Notes under the pieces: model-generated
Seen by the model: only the letters and a program-made list of their open reading frames with translations
What the model was told of the DNA's origin: nothing
Database searches by the model: none
Shown: piece by piece, positions 29,493 through 37,954 of the stretch
How positions within the stretch are numbered: position 1 is the stretch's first letter
Layout of the letters: every line of letters begins with the position of its first letter
Position numbers and translations under genes: made by a program
Assembly (NCBI GenBank): GCA_964620345.1
Contig: CAZUHK010000001.1
Span: forward strand, 4,544 to 68,543
Direction of reading: 5' to 3'
Source: an uncultured Planctomycetaceae bacterium
Lineage (GTDB): Bacteria > Planctomycetota > Phycisphaerae > Phycisphaerales > Zrk34
DNA: 64,000 nt

Positions 29493-30640
29493 GAATCACC
29501 TCCGGTCTGGTCCTGGTTGTCTTGTTCGCCGTCGAGCAGCATGACCGCCTGCCGCGGGCCGCTCACGCGGGCCTGATAAAGCTGCCGCGTGCGCGGGTGG
29601 CGGACGGTGATGATCTGGTCGGCCCCGCCGTCGTCGAGCGCGCGAGCGGTGGTCTTGATCACCAGCCCGCCGCTGATCGTGCGCAGCGTCACGGTCTGGC
29701 CTCGCTCGACCAGCAGCGGGGGCTTGACATCGCCATCGCTCAGCACGTCGCCCTCACGCAGCGTGCGGTCGGCGACCTGGCCGACCAGCGCCGCGGCGTC
29801 GGTCAGCGGCCGATCGCGGCCGGTGTCCAGCCATTGCATCTGGCTGCGCAGATCGTCGGCGGTGAGGGTCTGGCCACGCGCGATGCGCCCGGTGGCGATC
29901 ACGACGTTGCGCTGCATCCGCACGTCGGCGCTCAGACGCAGCGTATCGACGAGCTGATCGCCGCGGTACTGGCGAACGGTCAGCGGGATGTGGCCGGCGG
30001 TGTCGCGGTTCTGCGGGTCGATCTCGAAGCGGCCGTCGGCCTCGGTCCGCTGCCACACGGGGCTGGCGTCCTGATGCCAGTCGATCTTCATCCGCTCGGC
30101 CGGCACGCCGCCGCGTTCGAGCAGGTAGGCATGCACGATCTGCCGAAGCGTGCGGCCGGCATCGGCCGCGTCCACCGTCGGAACCGGATTGGCCTGCACC
30201 GCGGCGTCCTCGACGATCGGCTCGTCGGCCGGCGCATGGCGCGGTTCATCCGGCGCGACCCGTTCGATGCGCAGCGACTGGTGGCCCCGCAACGACAGCC
30301 GGCCCCAGTGCACGCCGCGGTCGTCGAGCAGTTGCCTGACCTGCTGCCGCGTGATCCGCACCTGCGCACTGTCGTCCGCAAAGGTGGCGAGGGTCACTTC
30401 GCCCAGCGCCTCGGCGTGCTCGCCTTCAAGGCGCGCGATGTCGGCCAGCGTCACGGTGTCGCCGGTCACTTCGACGCTGCTGCGCAGCGTGATGCGGTCG
30501 GCGAAGCCCGTGCCGATCAGCAGCAGCCCCAGCAGGAACGCCTTGAGCAGCAGCAGCGAAACGTCCTGCGTATCCCGCGGGTCGCGGGCAGACCGCTCAG
30601 GGCGGGCTTGAGCGATCGGGTTGTGTGGCAAAGTCGTCAT
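29489..30640 (-). CDS. flgA: flagellar P-ring formation chaperone FlgA (long, 383 aa)
   Basis: C-terminal SAF/FlgA block (LREGDVL...VERGQTVTL...GLVIKTTARALDDG). Confidence 0.75.
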   Translation of the reverse strand: MTTLPHNPIAQARPERSARDPRDTQDVSLLLLKAFLLGLLLIGTGFADRITLRSSVEVTGDTVTLADIARLEGEHAEALGEVTLATFADDSAQVRITRQQVRQLLDDRGVHWGRLSLRGHQSLRIERVAPDEPRHAPADEPIVEDAAVQANPVPTVDAADAGRTLRQIVHAYLLERGGVPAERMKIDWHQDASPVWQRTEADGRFEIDPQNRDTAGHIPLTVRQYRGDQLVDTLRLSADVRMQRNVVIATGRIARGQTLTADDLRSQMQWLDTGRDRPLTDAAALVGQVADRTLREGDVLSDGDVKPPLLVERGQTVTLRTISGGLVIKTTARALDDGGADQIITVRHPRTRQLYQARVSGPRQAVMLLDGEQDNQDQTGGDS

Positions 30641-30655
30641 CGGTCAGTCAGTCGT

Positions 30656-31465
30656 TTAGAGTCGTCGGAGGTTGCCCACGACCTGCAGGGCCTCGTCGGC
30701 GGCCTGGATGGTCTGGCTGTTGAGCTCGAAGGCGCGCTGGGCCTTGATCAGTTCCACCAGTTCTTTGACGGGGTCGACATTGGAGGCCTCGAGGAAGCCC
30801 TGGATGAGCGTGCCCACGCCGTCCTCGCCGGGCAGGGCCTCCACGGGCGGGCCGGACGCCTCGGTCTCCACAAAGATGTTGTTGCCGATCGGCCTCAGGC
30901 CCTTGGGATTCACGAAGGTGGTCAGTTCCAGTTCGCCCACGGTCGTGGGCGTCGGCGAGCCGGGCTGCTGGACGAGCACCTGACCGTCGGCGGTGATCTC
31001 GATGCTGGTCGCGTCGACGGGGATGTTCGGCGCGTCCAGCAGGCGCGGGCCCTGGGAGTTGCCCAGAACGATCTCGCCGTCGGAGTTGACGAAGAAGTTG
31101 CCCGCGCGGGTGAAGCCGATGCCGCTGCCTTCGTCTTCGAGGATGTCCACGGCGAAGAAGCCGTCGCCGTCGATCATCACGTCCAGCGGCTGGCCGGTCT
31201 CGATGGGCGAGCCCTGGCTGAAGTTGAAATCGGTGTTGGCCACGCGAACGCCCAGGCCCACGAAGATGCCCGCGGGCCGCTGGTCGCCGTTGGCGTTCTC
31301 CACGCCCGGCTGGGCCTTCTCCTGGTAGAGCAGATCCTCGAAGTTCGCCCGCTGGCCCTTGAACGCGGTGGTGTTCACGTTCGCCAGGTTGTTGGCGATC
31401 ACGTCGATCTGCGTGGAGATCGCGTTCATCCCGGTCGCGGCGGTATGGAGGGCGACGGTCGCCAT
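30656..31465 (-). CDS. flgG: flagellar distal rod protein FlgG
   Basis: ALHTAATGMNAISTQIDVIANNLANVNTTAFK and a conserved C-terminus. Confidence 0.9.
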   Translation of the reverse strand: MATVALHTAATGMNAISTQIDVIANNLANVNTTAFKGQRANFEDLLYQEKAQPGVENANGDQRPAGIFVGLGVRVANTDFNFSQGSPIETGQPLDVMIDGDGFFAVDILEDEGSGIGFTRAGNFFVNSDGEIVLGNSQGPRLLDAPNIPVDATSIEITADGQVLVQQPGSPTPTTVGELELTTFVNPKGLRPIGNNIFVETEASGPPVEALPGEDGVGTLIQGFLEASNVDPVKELVELIKAQRAFELNSQTIQAADEALQVVGNLRRL

Positions 31466-31478
31466 TGGCGTGGGTTCC

Positions 31479-32258
31479 TTACTGCGGGATGCGGCCCAGG
31501 GTGTTCACGGCCCGCTCCAGCAGCAGGTCGTGGTACTTCAGCAGCGTGGCGTTGTCGTTGATCGCGCGGGTGGTCTGGATCATCGCGACCATCTCGCGGA
31601 TCGAATCGACGTTGGATGCTTCCAGGTAGCCCTGGCGGATCTGCCCGGGCGCCTGGGCTTCACTTTCCAGTGCGGCCGGCGGGGCCTGGTACACCCCGCC
31701 GCCCAGGTGCTTGAGCGTTTGGTCGGCGGTGACGCTCGCCAGCTTGATCTGCGCGACCGGGTCGCCGGCCTGGCGGATCACACCGGTCTGATCGACCTGC
31801 ACGGGCAGCGCGGGGTTGAGGCGAATCGGCTGGCCGGCGGTGTCGAGCACGGCGTGTCCGGCGGCGGTGGTGACCAGCCGGCCATCGGCGGTGAGGGTGA
31901 GCCGGCCGTCGCGCGTGGCGCGGGTGGCCTGCTGGCCGTCCTCATCGACCCGCACGGCGAAGAACCCTTCGCCGGCGATCGCGAGGTCCAGGTCGTTACC
32001 GGTGGGCGTGAGCCGGCCGGGGCGCAGGTCGGTTTCGGTGGGCCGAACGAACGTGCCGCCGCCCAGCCGATCCAGCAGGTCGTGCTCGAGGCCGTGGGGC
32101 CCGGGGTCTTCGCGGCTCTCGGGCAGTCGCTGGGTGAAGGCGGCCAGGTCGCGGCGGAAGGCGGTGGTGCTGGCGTTGGCCAGGTTGTTGGCAATGACGT
32201 CCTGGCGATGAAGATTCGTCAGGACGCCCGAAGCGGAGAGGTACATCCCGTAGTTCAT
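31479..32258 (-). CDS. flgF: flagellar proximal rod protein FlgF
   Basis: MNYGMYLSASGVLTNLHRQDVIANNLANASTTAFRR. ATG at 32258 preceded by GGAGG. Confidence 0.85.
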   Translation of the reverse strand: MNYGMYLSASGVLTNLHRQDVIANNLANASTTAFRRDLAAFTQRLPESREDPGPHGLEHDLLDRLGGGTFVRPTETDLRPGRLTPTGNDLDLAIAGEGFFAVRVDEDGQQATRATRDGRLTLTADGRLVTTAAGHAVLDTAGQPIRLNPALPVQVDQTGVIRQAGDPVAQIKLASVTADQTLKHLGGGVYQAPPAALESEAQAPGQIRQGYLEASNVDSIREMVAMIQTTRAINDNATLLKYHDLLLERAVNTLGRIPQ

Positions 32259-32479
32259 CCGCGCACCTCCATGTGCACGGGGCCGGTGGGCCGAGCTTCG
32301 GGATCGGCGGCTCCTCCTTGGTCCGCCATGGATTCGTGATGCGCCGCCGCGGCCGCCTCGTACTGATGAAGCGTTTGGGCGGCGCGAGCCAGACGCACAA
32401 GGGCGGCACCGAGGTCGGCGTCGCCGGAGTGGTTGAGAATGTCGATCCATCGCTTGGTCAACGCTTGTGCCTCCTGCAC
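32255..32479 (-). CDS. small hypothetical protein, translationally coupled to flgF
   Basis: 74-aa ORF whose TGA overlaps the flgF ATG (ATGA). An internal TTG start (32461-32463) is preceded by GGAGG. No recognisable family. Confidence 0.35.
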   Translation of the reverse strand: MQEAQALTKRWIDILNHSGDADLGAALVRLARAAQTLHQYEAAAAAHHESMADQGGAADPEARPTGPVHMEVRG

Positions 32480-32745
32480 CCGGCGTCGATGGTGTAGCTA
32501 CACAGTCGCGGCGGGAAATTCGCAAGAGATGTGCCGGGAGCGCGCCAGACGCCCGAAAACGGCGATCGCGCGCTGTTATCGGGGCTTTGGCGGTCGGCGA
32601 TCGGTTGCGTGAAGCCGCAAGCGGCAAGAGGCGCAGGCGCAAGAGTTGCCCGCGGTCGGCAAGGGTTGCGCGGCGCGGCGGGCGTTCGATGCGCGGCGCG
32701 CAACCATCTACAATGCACGCCTTCACCCGGCTGGAATGGCGCGAC

Positions 32746-33873
32746 ATGGCCTTTGATCCGATTCCCGACATCCTCAATGAGCTTCGCGCCGGGCGGATGA
32801 TCGTGCTGATCGACGACGAGCGGCGGGAGAACGAGGGCGACCTGGTCTGCGCCGCGGAGCACGTCACGCCCGCCACGGTCAACTTCATGGTCACCGAGGG
32901 CCGGGGCCTGCTGTGCGTCGCGCTCGACGGCGCCATCTGCGATGCCCTGGACCTCGCCCCGCAAGCCGCGGCCAACACCAGCCAGCTCGCCACGGCGTAC
33001 ACCGTGACGGTCGACGCCGCGGCGCGGTTCGGCATCAGCACCGGCGTATCCGCGGTGGATCGGGCGACGACCATCCAGCGGCTCGCCGCGGCCGACGCCC
33101 GGCCGGCCGACTTCGCCAAGCCCGGCCACGTCAACCCCCTGCGCGCCCGCGACGGCGGCGTGCTGGTCCGCACCGGCCAGACCGAAGGCAGCGTCGACCT
33201 GTGCAAGCTCGCCGGCCTGCGCCCCGCCGCGGCCATCATCGAAGTGATGAACCCCGATGGCTCCATGGCCCGGCTGGACGACCTGCGGAAAGTCTGCGCC
33301 ACGCACGACCTGAAGATGTGCTCGGTCAGCGATGTGATCGCCCATCGCCTGGTCGGCGAACACATGATCGAGCGGATCGACGAAGTGCCGTTCGAGACGC
33401 CCGAGGGGCCGTTCCGGCTGGTCGCTTATCGCAGCAGGGTCGATCCGCTGCCGCACGTGGCGCTGTGCGCCGGCCGCGTCGGGTGCGAGCCGATCGACGA
33501 ACCGGTGCTGGTGCGGATGCACAGCCAGAACCTGCTGGGCGATGTGTTCGGCGACTGCGGCCAGCCCAGCGGCGACACGCTGCACCGGGCCATGAAGATG
33601 ATCCAGGACGCCGGCGAAGGCGCGATCGTCTACATGCGCCAGGACGGCATGGGCACCGGCCTGCTGGCGCGTCTTCAGACCCTGCACGACGACCAGGAGC
33701 CGGCCCGCCGCGAGGTCCGCGCGGCGATGAGCAAGTTCGACTACGGCGTGGGCTCGCAGATCCTCCGCGACCTGGGCGTCAGGAAGATGCGCCTGCTGAC
33801 CAACCACCCCCGCACGCTCCACGGCCTGGAGGGCTTTGGCCTGAGCATCGTCGAGCACGTCAAGGTGGAGTAG
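32746..33873 (+). CDS. ribBA: 3,4-dihydroxy-2-butanone-4-phosphate synthase fused to a degenerate GTP cyclohydrolase II-like domain
   Basis: RibB block LRAGRMIVLIDDERRENEGDLV. The C-terminal GCHII-like domain lacks most zinc cysteines (HSQNLLGDVFGDCGQPSG). Confidence 0.85.
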   Translation: MAFDPIPDILNELRAGRMIVLIDDERRENEGDLVCAAEHVTPATVNFMVTEGRGLLCVALDGAICDALDLAPQAAANTSQLATAYTVTVDAAARFGISTGVSAVDRATTIQRLAAADARPADFAKPGHVNPLRARDGGVLVRTGQTEGSVDLCKLAGLRPAAAIIEVMNPDGSMARLDDLRKVCATHDLKMCSVSDVIAHRLVGEHMIERIDEVPFETPEGPFRLVAYRSRVDPLPHVALCAGRVGCEPIDEPVLVRMHSQNLLGDVFGDCGQPSGDTLHRAMKMIQDAGEGAIVYMRQDGMGTGLLARLQTLHDDQEPARREVRAAMSKFDYGVGSQILRDLGVRKMRLLTNHPRTLHGLEGFGLSIVEHVKVE

Positions 33874-33950
33874 GGAGCAGCCGGAAGTCGCAAGTGGAAA
33901 GTCGGAGGTCGCAAGTCAGAAGTGGGGTCGGCACTGGGAGCTGACGCCGA

Positions 33951-34220
33951 CTATCGGGGCTCGGCTCCGTCGGGCGGGTCGAATGCGGGCGGCGGGGGTT
34001 CATCGTCGGGCTCGGTGGGCTGGGTCGATTCGAGTGCATCGCCGAGCGTCTTGCCCACGTCGCGGGCCAGATGCTCGGCCCCCTGCACGCCAAGAAACAG
34101 GATTTCGCGGAAGAAACGCCGCCGTTCGGTCGATACCAAAGGCGGAGCGTCCTCTGGGCCGGCCGGCGGGCCGTCGGCGTTGGGCGTCGTGTCGCTGGAT
34201 GGGCGGTCGGGGTCGCTCAC
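33951..34220 (-). CDS. hypothetical small acidic/proline-rich protein
   Basis: 89-aa ORF with GTG start and GC3-rich codons. No family recognised. Confidence 0.3.
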   Translation of the reverse strand: MSDPDRPSSDTTPNADGPPAGPEDAPPLVSTERRRFFREILFLGVQGAEHLARDVGKTLGDALESTQPTEPDDEPPPPAFDPPDGAEPR

Positions 34221-34288
34221 GCTTGGCTCGCCGGGGTGCGGCCAGTATGCTAACCGACCGATCGCGTCGCACGAAACAAGGAACTCGC

Positions 34289-34975
34289 ATGTCGCGCACC
34301 ATTGGCCTCATCACGCTCGCCGCGCTGCTCATCGTGACCGGCTGCGCCCGCAGCCACAGCGCCAAGTTTCCCTACGGCCGATCGATCGATCGCCACAACT
34401 TCATGTCCACGCCCGACATGCCGCTGTCCGTGTCGATCAAGGACACGATCAGTGGCGAGGAACTGCTGCGGGTGGACGTGCCGGTTTACAAGCAGTTGAT
34501 CCTCGACTTCGAGCACAAGCACGACTGGACGCCGGCTCAGACGCCGGGCCTGCCGGCGGAGTATGTCACCTGGCAGGTGGTCGATGCCGGCCGCCTGCTC
34601 GTGGGCGGCGTGGATGGCAAGCTCAAAAACCGCATGGATCTGCGAGGCAACCCGGTGATCGTGAAGGTCGACATCCGCGATCATGAGCCGGCGGACGGGA
34701 CGCCGGAGTACCCGTCCGCAGATGACACGCCGGGCGACCCGGTGGCGCCGCCGGACCAGCCCGACGATCCCCAGCCCCAGCCCCGGCCCGCCGCGGAGCA
34801 GCCGACCAACGGCACGCCGCGCGGCCCGGCCGTGCGCACCTATCCCAAAGCGCCGGCCCAAGCCGAGCCGGACCAGCCCGAACGGACGGACGACGAAGCC
34901 GACCAGCCCGACGCCGACGCGCGCACCCCCGTCGAAGACCAGGCCGGCGAAGACCTCGACGACGCACTGGACTGA
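34289..34975 (+). CDS. lipoprotein with disordered Pro/Asp/Gln-rich C-terminal tail
   Basis: MSRTIGLITLAALLIVTGC lipobox. ATG confirmed at 34289. Confidence 0.65.
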   Translation: MSRTIGLITLAALLIVTGCARSHSAKFPYGRSIDRHNFMSTPDMPLSVSIKDTISGEELLRVDVPVYKQLILDFEHKHDWTPAQTPGLPAEYVTWQVVDAGRLLVGGVDGKLKNRMDLRGNPVIVKVDIRDHEPADGTPEYPSADDTPGDPVAPPDQPDDPQPQPRPAAEQPTNGTPRGPAVRTYPKAPAQAEPDQPERTDDEADQPDADARTPVEDQAGEDLDDALD

Positions 34976-35122
34976 TCGGCCGGTCGTGTCAATCTGGCAA
35001 ACCGGGTGAACTTCGGGGCACCGCGCGGGCCGCACAGCCCATCGCCCTTGCAATTTTGCTTCATTTGTCGCCCGAAACTCGGCGATTGGGTCTTGCCTTG
35101 TGGCCACGGTGGGCTACATTAG

Positions 35123-35464
35123 ATGCATCCACCGAAGCAACGGGGCAGAACGATGAACGATCCCGATGGCTATTTCACCGGCCCGGACGACCCGTACCAC
35201 GGCCAGGGTTTTCGACAGGTCACCGCACTGCCGCAGTGGCGGGTGCTGTTGCACGATGACGAGGTGCACGATCAGGGCCACATGATCGACGCGCTGACCG
35301 GCCACACGCCGCTGAGCCGCGCCGCGGCCACGCAGCGCGTCGTCGACGCCCACCGCGATGGCACGGTCAACCTGTTGACCTGTCACCAGGAACTGGCCGA
35401 GCTCTACTGCCTGCAACTGTCCAAGCAGAACCTGATCGTCACCATCGAACGCGCGGTCGAATAA
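35123..35464 (+). CDS. clpS: ATP-dependent Clp protease adaptor ClpS
   Basis: WRVLLHDDEVHDQGHMIDAL...AATQRVVDAHRDGTV. Alternative start at 35153. Confidence 0.75.
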   Translation: MHPPKQRGRTMNDPDGYFTGPDDPYHGQGFRQVTALPQWRVLLHDDEVHDQGHMIDALTGHTPLSRAAATQRVVDAHRDGTVNLLTCHQELAELYCLQLSKQNLIVTIERAVE

Positions 35465-35494
35465 ACCTTGAGCGCCGCGGCTTCGCCGTGCCCT

Positions 35495-36133
35495 TCAGCC
35501 GACCAGAAACGGATTGGTCGCCCGCTGGGTACCGATCGTCGTCGCCGGCCCATGCCCCGGATACACGCGCACCGGATCCGGCAGCGTCATCAGTTGCTCC
35601 CGGATCGACCGCATCAGCGCCGCGCCATCGGAATGGGGAAAGTCGTACCGACCGATCGACCCGGCAAAGAGCGTGTCGCCCACGATCGCCACGCCGGCGT
35701 CCGGCTGGTAGAGCGTGATGCCGCCGGGCGAATGGCCGGGGGTATGACGCACCTCGAAGCTCAGATCGCCCAGCTTCAGTGGCGCGCCCGGCTCGATCGC
35801 GCCGGTCGGGTCCGGCGCCCGCATCGGCATGCCGAACGGCCCCGAAAGGTTGTTCGCCGGGTCGCCGGGGTAACTCTGCTCAACCGGATGGATCAGCACC
35901 GGTAAATCAGCGAAGGCGTTGGTGATCGGCGCGATGCCCGCGATGTGATCGAGGTGGCCGTGGGTCAGGATCAGCTTGCTCGGTGTCAGCCCCCGGCGGC
36001 GGACGTAATCGATCATCGCCTCGGGCTCGAAGCCCGCGTCGACCAGCCAGCAATCCCCGCCCGCGGCCAGCACGTAGCAGTTGGTCTGCCACATGCCCAG
36101 CGTGAACATTTCGATATGCAGCGCGTCGCTCAT
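35495..36133 (-). CDS. MBL-fold metallo-hydrolase (glyoxalase II-like)
   Basis: THGHLDHIAG motif, 212 aa. Confidence 0.85.
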   Translation of the reverse strand: MSDALHIEMFTLGMWQTNCYVLAAGGDCWLVDAGFEPEAMIDYVRRRGLTPSKLILTHGHLDHIAGIAPITNAFADLPVLIHPVEQSYPGDPANNLSGPFGMPMRAPDPTGAIEPGAPLKLGDLSFEVRHTPGHSPGGITLYQPDAGVAIVGDTLFAGSIGRYDFPHSDGAALMRSIREQLMTLPDPVRVYPGHGPATTIGTQRATNPFLVG

Positions 36134-36157
36134 GCGGCCAATGGTAACACAGCGGAT

Positions 36158-36185
36158 TTGCCTGCCCCGCCTGACCGGGTATACT
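36158..36185 (+). promoter_or_regulatory. sigma70-like promoter TTGCCT-16 nt-TATACT
   Basis: -35 at 36158-63 and -10 at 36180-85, 10 nt upstream of the leader-peptide ATG. Confidence 0.4.
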
Positions 36186-36195
36186 TCCAGCCGAC

Positions 36196-36252
36196 ATGCA
36201 GCACCGTTCGACCATCATCGCCGGCATCATTACCATGACCGAACTTCGGTAG
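36196..36252 (+). CDS. Ile-rich leader peptide MQHRSTIIAGIITMTELR
   Basis: Hand-translated 18-codon ORF with 4 Ile (ATC ATC .. ATC ATT) and 3 Thr. Its stop codon lies inside the antiterminator strand. Confidence 0.5.
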   Translation: MQHRSTIIAGIITMTELR

Positions 36253-36283
36253 GGCTGGCGATCGTACGCACGAGACACACAAG

Positions 36284-36307
36284 CCCTGCCGGACGGCGGG
36301 GTTTTTT
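36284..36307 (+). terminator. attenuator terminator upstream of cimA
   Basis: Stem CCCTGCC (36284-90) pairs with GGCGGGG (36295-301), followed by TTTTTT (36302-07). The alternative pairing 36247-56 with 36282-91 (10 bp) excludes it. Confidence 0.55.
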
Positions 36308-36345
36308 CGTGACCCGCCGGCCCGGCGCATCGACAGGACACCGCC

Positions 36346-37950
36346 ATGAGCGATGACAAGCCCCGCCGACGGATCGAAATCTACGACACCACGCTGCGCG
36401 ACGGCACCCAGGCCGCGGGCGTTTCGCTGTCGCTGATCGACAAGATCAAGATCACCAAAGCCCTGGACGCGATCGGCGTGGACTACATCGAGGGCGGCTA
36501 CCCCCTTTCCAACCCCAAGGACGTGGCCTACTTCGAGCAGGTCCGCGATCTGGACCTGCGGCACGCGAAGATCTGCGCGTTCGGCATGACCCGGCGCAAG
36601 GACATCGACGTGCAAGAAGACGCGGGCATGCAGGCGCTGGTCCGGGCCGGCACCCCGGTCGTCACGATCGTCGGCAAGACATGGGATTTGCACGTGGACC
36701 AGGTGCTGCGCGTCAGCCGGGATGAGAACCTGGCGATGATCGAAGAATCGGTGGCGTTCTGCGCCCAGGGCGGTCGCGAGGTGTTCTACGACGCCGAGCA
36801 TTTTTTCGACGGCTACGAGGCGAACCCGGACTACGCGACGAAGACCGTGCAGGCCGCGGTCGCCGGCGGGGCCAGCCGCGTCGTGCTGTGCGACACCAAC
36901 GGCGGGAGCTTGCCCGAGCGCGTCGCCCGCATCGTCGATGAGATCCGTTGCGTGCTGGGCAAGGACGTGAAGCTCGGCATCCACACGCACAATGACGCGG
37001 GCTGCGCCGTGGCCAACGCGCTCGCCGCCGTCCGCCGCCAGTGCGTGCAGGTGCAGGGCACGATCAACGGCATCGGCGAGCGCTGCGGCAACGTCGACCT
37101 GACCACCGTCATCGCCAACCTCATGCTCAAGATGAAGCACGACTGCCTGGCCGGCCCCGACGCCCTGCTCGGGTTGACCGAGATCAGCCGCTTCGTCTAT
37201 GAGCTGGCGAACATGAACCTGCGCGAGCATCAGCCGTACGTCGGCTCGGCCGCGTTCGCCCACAAGGGCGGCATGCACGTGCACGCGGTCAACCGCATCG
37301 CCCACAGCTACGAGCACGTCGATCCGGCGTCGGTGGGCAACACGCGGCAGATCCTCGTCAGCGAGTTGTCGGGCGTGAGCAACGTCACGGCGCTCATCGG
37401 CGACAAGTTCGGCGCCGCGGCGGACAAGGACCTGCAGCGCCGCGTGCTGGGGCGCGTGCAGGAGCTCGAACACGCCGGCTACCAGTTCGAGGCCGCCCGC
37501 GCCAGCTTCGAGCTGCTGGTCCGCAGCGAGCTGGGCCAACGCAAGGACTACTGGCAGCTCGACCACTACCGTTGCGTGATCCTCAAGACCGACTCGACCG
37601 AACCGACGACCGAGGCGATCGTCAAGGTCACGGTCGACCGCACGCTTGAGCACCACGTGGCCGAGGGCGACGGCCCGGTCAACGCGCTGGACGCGGCGCT
37701 GCGCAAGTGCCTCAAAAACCACTACCCGCAACTGGCCGACATCCACCTGCGCGACTTCAAGGTGCGCGTGGTCAACGCCACGCAAGAAACCGCCGCGAAG
37801 GTGCGCGTCACGACCGACTTCGCCGTGGTCGACCCCGACGCGGCCGATGAATACTTCAGCACCATCGGCGTGAGCGAGAACATCGTCGAGGCCTCCTGGC
37901 AGGCGCTGATCGACGCCTTCGAGTACCACCTGCTCAATCGCGGCGCGTGA
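36346..37950 (+). CDS. cimA: (R)-citramalate synthase
   Basis: IEIYDTTLRDGTQAAGVSLSLIDKIKITKALDAIGVDYIEGGYPLSNPKD. 534 aa with a LeuA-type C-terminal domain. Confidence 0.85.
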   Translation: MSDDKPRRRIEIYDTTLRDGTQAAGVSLSLIDKIKITKALDAIGVDYIEGGYPLSNPKDVAYFEQVRDLDLRHAKICAFGMTRRKDIDVQEDAGMQALVRAGTPVVTIVGKTWDLHVDQVLRVSRDENLAMIEESVAFCAQGGREVFYDAEHFFDGYEANPDYATKTVQAAVAGGASRVVLCDTNGGSLPERVARIVDEIRCVLGKDVKLGIHTHNDAGCAVANALAAVRRQCVQVQGTINGIGERCGNVDLTTVIANLMLKMKHDCLAGPDALLGLTEISRFVYELANMNLREHQPYVGSAAFAHKGGMHVHAVNRIAHSYEHVDPASVGNTRQILVSELSGVSNVTALIGDKFGAAADKDLQRRVLGRVQELEHAGYQFEAARASFELLVRSELGQRKDYWQLDHYRCVILKTDSTEPTTEAIVKVTVDRTLEHHVAEGDGPVNALDAALRKCLKNHYPQLADIHLRDFKVRVVNATQETAAKVRVTTDFAVVDPDAADEYFSTIGVSENIVEASWQALIDAFEYHLLNRGA

Positions 37951-37954
37951 CGAT

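Noticed and set aside
32480-32745. Possible FMN (RFN) riboswitch upstream of the ribBA-like gene.
   Set aside because: Only a vague GGCGGGAAATTCGC resemblance. The conserved RFN cores (CAGGGCGGGGTGAAATTCCCCACCGGCGG, GCCGACGGT, AGTCCGGATG) were not found by eye. A covariance-model scan would be decisive.
33883-33924. Imperfect 21-nt tandem duplication (GGAAGTCGCAAGTGGAAAGTC / GGAGGTCGCAAGTCAGAAGTG) after the ribBA stop.
   Set aside because: Only two units at 16 of 21 identity with no obvious structure. Probably slippage debris.
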